This document shows, one piece after another, positions 59,157-64,000 of a stretch of DNA of 64,000 nucleotides. The translations under genes were made by a program, and so were the position numbers. This stretch comes from Patescibacteria group bacterium (GTDB lineage: Bacteria; Patescibacteriota; Patescibacteriia; UBA2591; JAQUPP01). Location: assembly GCA_041649955.1 (NCBI GenBank), contig JBAZMD010000001.1:68079-132078 (forward strand), given 5' to 3'. The notes under the pieces were generated by a model. It was not told the DNA's origin. It was given only the letters and a program-made list of their open reading frames with translations, and ran no database searches. How positions within the stretch are numbered: position 1 is the stretch's first letter; each line of letters begins with the position of its first letter.

Positions 59157-60914
59157 TCATTTAAGATTATCGTTTATCGCTTTATAAGCCTTTTGAATAT
59201 TCCAGCCATCTCTATTACAGAGATGGTAAACAAAATTGTGGAGTTCTTTAAGATCGTATTCATCGTAGATAGAAATAAGCTTTCGAGTAAGAACAAAAAG
59301 ATGTTCTGCTATCAAATCATTGTCTGTCCTTTTTGTATCCACGTGAAGTTTCCCGCTTTCTGTGACCGTGATAATACTTGCGGCCATCAGCTTATTCAAA
59401 ATTCCCATGCATTCGTTGACGTATGGAGCCACGGTTGGATTATTAAAATTACTCTGTTCCAACATTCTGATTAAGTGAGAAATAATCATGGCAGCAAGAC
59501 TTGAGAAAGCTTCTTTTCTAATTTCATCACTGAGCGAACCATTTTCAATTGCCTGACGAACCCCTTCAATATCAAGCAGTGTTGCTTTCATTTCCTCAAC
59601 CTTTGACTTATTATCGCCAAAGACCTCAATTAAACGTTCATTAATACAGAAACAATGTCCAAATTCGTGGCCAAAGACGTCCAAGTAAGCGAATTCTTCT
59701 TTCAAAAATTTCATGGCCCAAGTTGAACTTTCCGGGTCAAGCACTTTTTGAATAAGACTCTGAAATCCGTGAAAACGCTGTTTCATGGATTCTTGATCTA
59801 AAAAAACTTTCATTCCCAGTGCTTGCGCTTCCGGATAATTTGGCACTGACTGACCGGCTAAACGAAAATCAATATTGGAACCGCTAGCCAAAATAGTCAG
59901 AAAAACTCCCACATCAGTTCTCTTAATCTTTTCAACGGCCCTTGGGTCAAATTTCTTTGCGAGATCGCTCATTTCTTTGCGCATAAGACCCAATTCTTTC
60001 GCATGACAACCTGTTCGCCATAATAAACGGTATTCCGGCGCTACGCGAATTGGAACCTCATAATCACTTTCCATCATATGAACAGGAATAAGACGACGGT
60101 CAGAACTGATTTCTATCCATTTTTTATCAACTTCTATCCAAAGAGTTTCCATTTGTTCCAAATCCTTATTAATCAAAGCAGTGCGAAGTGCTAAAAAATA
60201 TTCCCGATAATCAGTATCATCCGGCAAATTCTTTGCCAGTTGTTTTAGAATCTTGGCAATTCCATTAATTTCAATCGGAAACATCTCGACAAGCGGAATT
60301 TGTTTTGCCTTTTCAATTTGCTTTGCAGTAAGCGGTTTGGTATAAGGATTATTTGGACCCCTGGCAAGTACTGAATACTTATCGGTTTTCCCAAATTTTT
60401 GAATCAATTCCTTAAGTTCATCCGCACTCAACTTGCTTGTCCGAAACGGAATGACAACCCATTTCCACCACTTGCTGAAAAGATCATCAAAAAGCGTGCC
60501 TATTTTGTATCCGGCCTCGGCAATAAAATTTTCTTCATCAAACGCCAAAATATTAGGGCATGCCATACAGACATCTTTTAGGGCTGCGTGAATCGCATCC
60601 TGACATGGACGGACGACCAGCGAATAAAAAAATGACAACTTAACGGCGTCATCTTTTGGCAGTTGAGCACCTGCCGTATTGGTTCTTCTGGCCGCGTATT
60701 CCACTGCCAAATCAACCGGCACATTGAAATCAATTGCAATTATAATTTTTGCAATTTGATTTCTGATTTTCTTATCATTTATAAGAAAATAGTCAACACT
60801 GTCCATCATTTCCTTGAGTACCTCTGTGGGTTCTGACAAAATAAATTCTTTCGGCCTTTCTTTCAAAATCTCAATTAACTCCGCAGAGTATTCCTTTGCT
60901 TTTTTCAAATCCAT
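59157..60914 (-). CDS. large hypothetical protein with HExxH (HEFGH) zincin-like motif
   Basis: 585 aa soluble protein; DVFGHEFGHCF. Confidence 0.45.
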   Translation of the reverse strand: MDLKKAKEYSAELIEILKERPKEFILSEPTEVLKEMMDSVDYFLINDKKIRNQIAKIIIAIDFNVPVDLAVEYAARRTNTAGAQLPKDDAVKLSFFYSLVVRPCQDAIHAALKDVCMACPNILAFDEENFIAEAGYKIGTLFDDLFSKWWKWVVIPFRTSKLSADELKELIQKFGKTDKYSVLARGPNNPYTKPLTAKQIEKAKQIPLVEMFPIEINGIAKILKQLAKNLPDDTDYREYFLALRTALINKDLEQMETLWIEVDKKWIEISSDRRLIPVHMMESDYEVPIRVAPEYRLLWRTGCHAKELGLMRKEMSDLAKKFDPRAVEKIKRTDVGVFLTILASGSNIDFRLAGQSVPNYPEAQALGMKVFLDQESMKQRFHGFQSLIQKVLDPESSTWAMKFLKEEFAYLDVFGHEFGHCFCINERLIEVFGDNKSKVEEMKATLLDIEGVRQAIENGSLSDEIRKEAFSSLAAMIISHLIRMLEQSNFNNPTVAPYVNECMGILNKLMAASIITVTESGKLHVDTKRTDNDLIAEHLFVLTRKLISIYDEYDLKELHNFVYHLCNRDGWNIQKAYKAINDNLK

Positions 60915-61130
60915 CTCCCACCTCCTTGTGGTTAAATTTAATTTTTTTCAATGAACAACTATTCCTCCTTTAATTTAATTATTTATATATTAATTTATTT
61001 TTTGGAAAATGTCAATATCAAAAAAAGACATTATTACTGCAGGTATTATTGATTGCACGAAAACCATTTGAATAAATTTTGAATAATAATACCGGGTTAA
61101 TCGCTTAACCCGGTAAATACTTATTTTTTA

Positions 61131-61523
61131 TTACGCCCACCTGAAAGCGGAATTTTCCAACTTCGCAATATCCTCTTTTGAGAGAACGGTCATAACCGGT
61201 CTTTCACCCCAATCAGGATTAGAAATACTGAGATATTCCAGAGAAATAGCCTGCTTACTATCGGGACTAACGAGAAGCGGCAATTCTTTTATCTCATTCC
61301 TTGTTTTCGGAAGTTTTTTAAGCACTTCCGGAAATAAACTGCAATCAGCGCAGAAAAACGGCTCATGCGACTTATGACCATTAAGCTTTACAAGAGCAGG
61401 AAGGAAACTTCCCATACCGTGTTTTTTCTCTATCAATCCACCTTTGACAATCCTCCAGCCATTAAGCTTTACGCCCTGCAATTCGCCTAATTTTTTAGGG
61501 TACTCATTTTTTAAATTTTTCAT
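61131..61523 (-). CDS. hypothetical protein
   Basis: 130-aa ORF; promoter 61546-61574; hairpin terminator accgggttaaTCGCttaacccggt at 61092-61116. Confidence 0.45.
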   Translation of the reverse strand: MKNLKNEYPKKLGELQGVKLNGWRIVKGGLIEKKHGMGSFLPALVKLNGHKSHEPFFCADCSLFPEVLKKLPKTRNEIKELPLLVSPDSKQAISLEYLSISNPDWGERPVMTVLSKEDIAKLENSAFRWA

Positions 61524-61589
61524 CTTTACCTCCTTCTAGATAAAAAGATAACATAAAAATATTTTTTTGTCAATATCAAAAAAAGCCCT

Positions 61590-61943
61590 CTATGAAGGCT
61601 CTTTTTTAAAAATTTGCTTTTGTGCCAACAATAAACTTATTAATACTAAAATATTTAAAATCAGAGAAATGACATCAAAAATACCGACTTCATCTGTTAT
61701 TGATAATATTGCGTTAAATAGGGAGAAAATAATTGAGAATACGAAAATTATTTTAATTCTTTTTATTAATCCAAAAAGCGCAATGGCAAAAAATAAGGGT
61801 TCAAGAAATAATAATATTTTAAGTATTAAATAATTTTCGTAGGAAGCAAATTTAAAAAATGAAAAATAAACGGCGATTATGCTCCAAAAAATAATGCTTA
61901 TTATCAGAAGTATCTTGCATAAAATTAAAGGAAAAAATTTCAT
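61590..61943 (-). CDS. hypothetical integral membrane protein
   Basis: 117 aa, 3-4 predicted TM helices. Confidence 0.45.
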   Translation of the reverse strand: MKFFPLILCKILLIISIIFWSIIAVYFSFFKFASYENYLILKILLFLEPLFFAIALFGLIKRIKIIFVFSIIFSLFNAILSITDEVGIFDVISLILNILVLISLLLAQKQIFKKEPS

Positions 61944-61960
61944 AATTTTAACTTTCGGCT

Positions 61961-62434
61961 TTATTTTTTTCTAAAAACTTTAATTTCTGAAAGATATTTT
62001 CTGCTCAAAAAAAGAGCGCCCAGTATAATAGCCGGAATAGATATGATCATTGATTCAAAACGGGAAAGAATAAGCATCAATAATCCAATGATAAGAAAAA
62101 TAAATCCTCCCAGTCGCTCATGTTTCCATGCAACGATAATCAGTATAAGCAAAGCAAATGACGGCAATAAATGCATAAAAAGAGGTAGAATAACTCTCCA
62201 GCCGCTGTATTCAGAAAACACATCAAGCGAAAACAAAGATAAAAATACGACAAATCCAATGCTTAAAATTCTCGGCAGCCAATAAATAATTTTATTCATA
62301 TGATTAATATATTTATTTATAAAGATTGATTTAATCATAGCAAAAATGGAAAAAATAACAAGGTGAAATAAAATAGCGAATCTACGTTTGGTATTATAAA
62401 TTTTAATTATTCCATTCCTACAATTTGGCCTCAT
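61961..62434 (-). CDS. hypothetical integral membrane protein
   Basis: 157 aa, 4 predicted TM helices. Confidence 0.45.
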   Translation of the reverse strand: MRPNCRNGIIKIYNTKRRFAILFHLVIFSIFAMIKSIFINKYINHMNKIIYWLPRILSIGFVVFLSLFSLDVFSEYSGWRVILPLFMHLLPSFALLILIIVAWKHERLGGFIFLIIGLLMLILSRFESMIISIPAIILGALFLSRKYLSEIKVFRKK

Positions 62435-62515
62435 TTGGAAACCGCGGCTTTAATTTAATAAAGATTAAAAAAACCGCCCTAATTTTCATTAGTGGCGGTT
62501 TAAATTCGAATTTAA

Positions 62516-62758
62516 TTACATTTTAAGAAATGTCCATCCATACTTTACAAACATGCCTATCATAGCCAGGATACTTCCAAAAACCATTCCGATTCCGGCG
62601 ATACAGGTAACATTGAATGATTGATGAAATTTGGCCCAATCTTTTATAATTGGCCAGTAGCTCCCTTTTACTCCGTCTGTGAACATTGAGATAGCGAATA
62701 CTATGAATGAAAGTATCAGTATACCCAAACCCATCTTAACGAGAAAAAAATTAGTCAT
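62516..62758 (-). CDS. small membrane protein (start reassigned to MTNFFLVKMGL)
   Basis: ORF-track N-terminus overlaps the promoter at 62815-62844; two TM helices. Confidence 0.4.
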   Translation of the reverse strand: MTNFFLVKMGLGILILSFIVFAISMFTDGVKGSYWPIIKDWAKFHQSFNVTCIAGIGMVFGSILAMIGMFVKYGWTFLKM

Positions 62759-62896
62759 CTCTCCCCCTTTATTGCTTTTTAAAAAACTATTGTTAGTTTT
62801 TATATTATATTTAAATAATAGCACATTTTTCACTTTTTGTCAAGTGTAATTATCTCTAATTTTAAAAAATAACCGCTTAAATAAACGGTTATTTTT

Positions 62897-62970
62897 TGGC
62901 TGCGGGAGATGGATTCGAACCATCATAGCCAGCTCCAAAGGCTGGAGTCCTACCATTAGACGATCCCGCA
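62897..62970 (-). tRNA. tRNA-Gln (anticodon UUG), CCA encoded
   Basis: Manual fold: acceptor TGCGGGA/TCCCGCA (U1:A72), D-arm GTCT/GGAC, anticodon stem CCAGC/GCTGG with loop CTTTGGA, T-arm GATGG-TTCGAAT-CCATC, discriminator G73. Confidence 0.85.
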
Positions 62971-62979
62971 ATATATATT

Positions 62980-63234
62980 TTATATTATTTTATTTTTAAG
63001 TATTCTTTTACCTTTCGCGGTCTTATAAAATCTTTCCATTCTATAAGCTTCATATTTATCAGGGTAATTTTCAAAATAAATTAACTTTATCGGCAACCTA
63101 CTACGAGTAGAAAAAACTTTTTTACTTTTATGTTCTATTAATCTCTTCTGTAAATTAGAAGTACAGCCTATATATAAATTATCATCTTTTAGACTTCTTA
63201 AAACATAGATTGTATGCATTGTTTTATTTACCAT
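62980..63234 (-). CDS. small GIY-YIG nuclease family protein (YhbQ/UPF0213-like)
   Basis: 84 aa; IYVLRSLKDDNLYIGCTSNLQKRLIEH = GIY...YIG...R...H catalytic core. Confidence 0.75.
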   Translation of the reverse strand: MVNKTMHTIYVLRSLKDDNLYIGCTSNLQKRLIEHKSKKVFSTRSRLPIKLIYFENYPDKYEAYRMERFYKTAKGKRILKNKII

Positions 63235-63293
63235 TAGCCTCGCCCGTAGGCAGTAGCCTACTGGCTACGGCCGTCTCACCCGTAGGTTACGAC

Positions 63294-63313
63294 CGAGGGA
63301 GGGACGATCCCGC
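63294..63313 (-). repeat. direct repeat of the tRNA-Gln 5' end (gggacgatcccgcaatat), att-like partial duplication
   Basis: 13-17 nt identical to 62958-62975; flanks the GIY-YIG gene with the tRNA. Confidence 0.5.
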
Positions 63314-63354
63314 AATATTCAAATTATTATAACAAATTTTAAAAATTTGGCAAA

Positions 63355-63993
63355 TTATTTACCTCGCCATTTCCAAAAATATTTAATCCCGCTGGCAATA
63401 TGAATCCATGTAATTTTAGATAATAAAGTCGGACTAGTGCTGCGTTCCGCAGAAAGCCGCTGATGGAAATGATACATATGAGCTTCGGGAAAATAATAAA
63501 CTTTTTTGCCGAATTTCCAAATCCGCCGCGCCAAATCAGTGTCTTCAAAATAAAGAAAAAATCTTTCATCAAAATAATTAATTTTTTCCAAAACTTCTTT
63601 TTTAATCATTAAGGCCGCGCCCAAAAGCCAATCCACTTCTTTTGTTTCATTGTGTTGCCAATCTGACATTAAATATCTGCCTAATTTCTTTTTCAAAAAA
63701 GGAAGTTTTCCTAAAAAAGTTCGGCGGAGAATCGGCATATACCAACAAGGAAATTGACAGCTGGAATACTGGATTGTTCCATTGGGATTTAATAGTTTGG
63801 GTCCGACCATCGCCGCTTCATTATTTTCTTCTAAAAATTTATAAAGTTTTTCCACTGAATCTTTTAAAACAATCACGTCCGGATTTAAAATTAAAACATA
63901 TTTTCCCTGAGCCAATTTAATCCCCTGATTATTCGCCCGGGCAAAACCATAATTCTTATTATTTAAAATAACCCTAAGTTTTAAAGACGGCAT
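63355..63993 (-). CDS. family 2 glycosyltransferase (N-terminally truncated by window edge)
   Basis: GFARANNQG, LNPDVI, DED-type fragments of the GT-A fold; ORF runs to window end. Confidence 0.65.
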   Translation of the reverse strand: MPSLKLRVILNNKNYGFARANNQGIKLAQGKYVLILNPDVIVLKDSVEKLYKFLEENNEAAMVGPKLLNPNGTIQYSSCQFPCWYMPILRRTFLGKLPFLKKKLGRYLMSDWQHNETKEVDWLLGAALMIKKEVLEKINYFDERFFLYFEDTDLARRIWKFGKKVYYFPEAHMYHFHQRLSAERSTSPTLLSKITWIHIASGIKYFWKWRGK

Positions 63994-64000
63994 ATTAAGT

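Noticed and set aside
63240-63313. Possible second tRNA next to tRNA-Gln
   Set aside because: Only the first ~13 nt of the acceptor/D-stem match; no T-loop (GGTTCGAATCC) or anticodon arm can be folded. Treated as a partial duplication/repeat.
1-64000. CRISPR array, prophage or transposase
   Set aside because: No regularly spaced direct repeats with unique spacers; no integrase, transposase, capsid, terminase or portal-like ORFs. The repeats found (families A/B, long-range IRs) are few-copy and irregularly spaced.

Overview
AT-rich, gene-dense bacterial window (almost every gene on the minus strand, standard genetic code) that resembles a Patescibacteria/CPR-type genome. The most interesting content is a candidate split rifampin-phosphotransferase-like system with adjacent methyltransferases, two giant surface proteins, and an accessory island next to tRNA-Gln.

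Core genes: alr, serS, lysS, greA, mreC-mreD-mrdA(PBP2), rpsU, yqeY, a Na/Pi cotransporter and a two-component pair. These are interleaved with accessory content:
- **Giant surface protein 1** (2392 aa, 10987-18165). Its N-terminus looks like a CPR-type T4SS/VirB2-like pilin double-TM domain. It is followed by two thrombospondin-type-3 Ca-binding repeat membrane proteins and the mreCD-PBP2 genes.
- **Giant surface protein 2** (2308 aa, 30882-37808), a secreted Ig-like/CarboxypepD_reg-rich protein.
- **Candidate split phosphotransferase cluster** (38786-47787). A stand-alone PEP-synthase/PPDK-type ATP-binding domain protein sits with three paralogous proteins that carry only the PEP-utilizing swivel phosphohistidine domain (catalytic CHAAI/SHAAI) behind divergent ~380-aa N-terminal regions. 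This is the rifampin-phosphotransferase architecture broken into trans-acting pieces. Four SAM methyltransferases lie immediately adjacent.
- **MacAB-like ABC efflux module** (HlyD adaptor, ATPase, FtsX-like permease).
- **Accessory island next to tRNA-Gln(UUG)** (about 53000-63300). It carries an AbrB-like regulator, ArsM, YdeI, an HExxH protein, small secreted proteins and a GIY-YIG gene bracketed by a duplicated tRNA end.

Non-coding structure is unusually rich:
- Two families of ~160-bp intergenic repeats (3 and 2 copies).
- Five long-range inverted repeats with G/C-rich CCCC-CACA-GG-AAA-like arms that bracket promoters.
- A highly stereotyped TTGACA-(A-rich 17 nt)-TGcTATTAT extended -10 promoter used throughout.
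- A promoter-driven ~400-nt untranslated locus with two SD-preceded tiny ORFs upstream of the AbrB-like gene.
- A GC-rich structured island between rpsU and yqeY.

No CRISPR array, rRNA, integrase or transposase was recognised.
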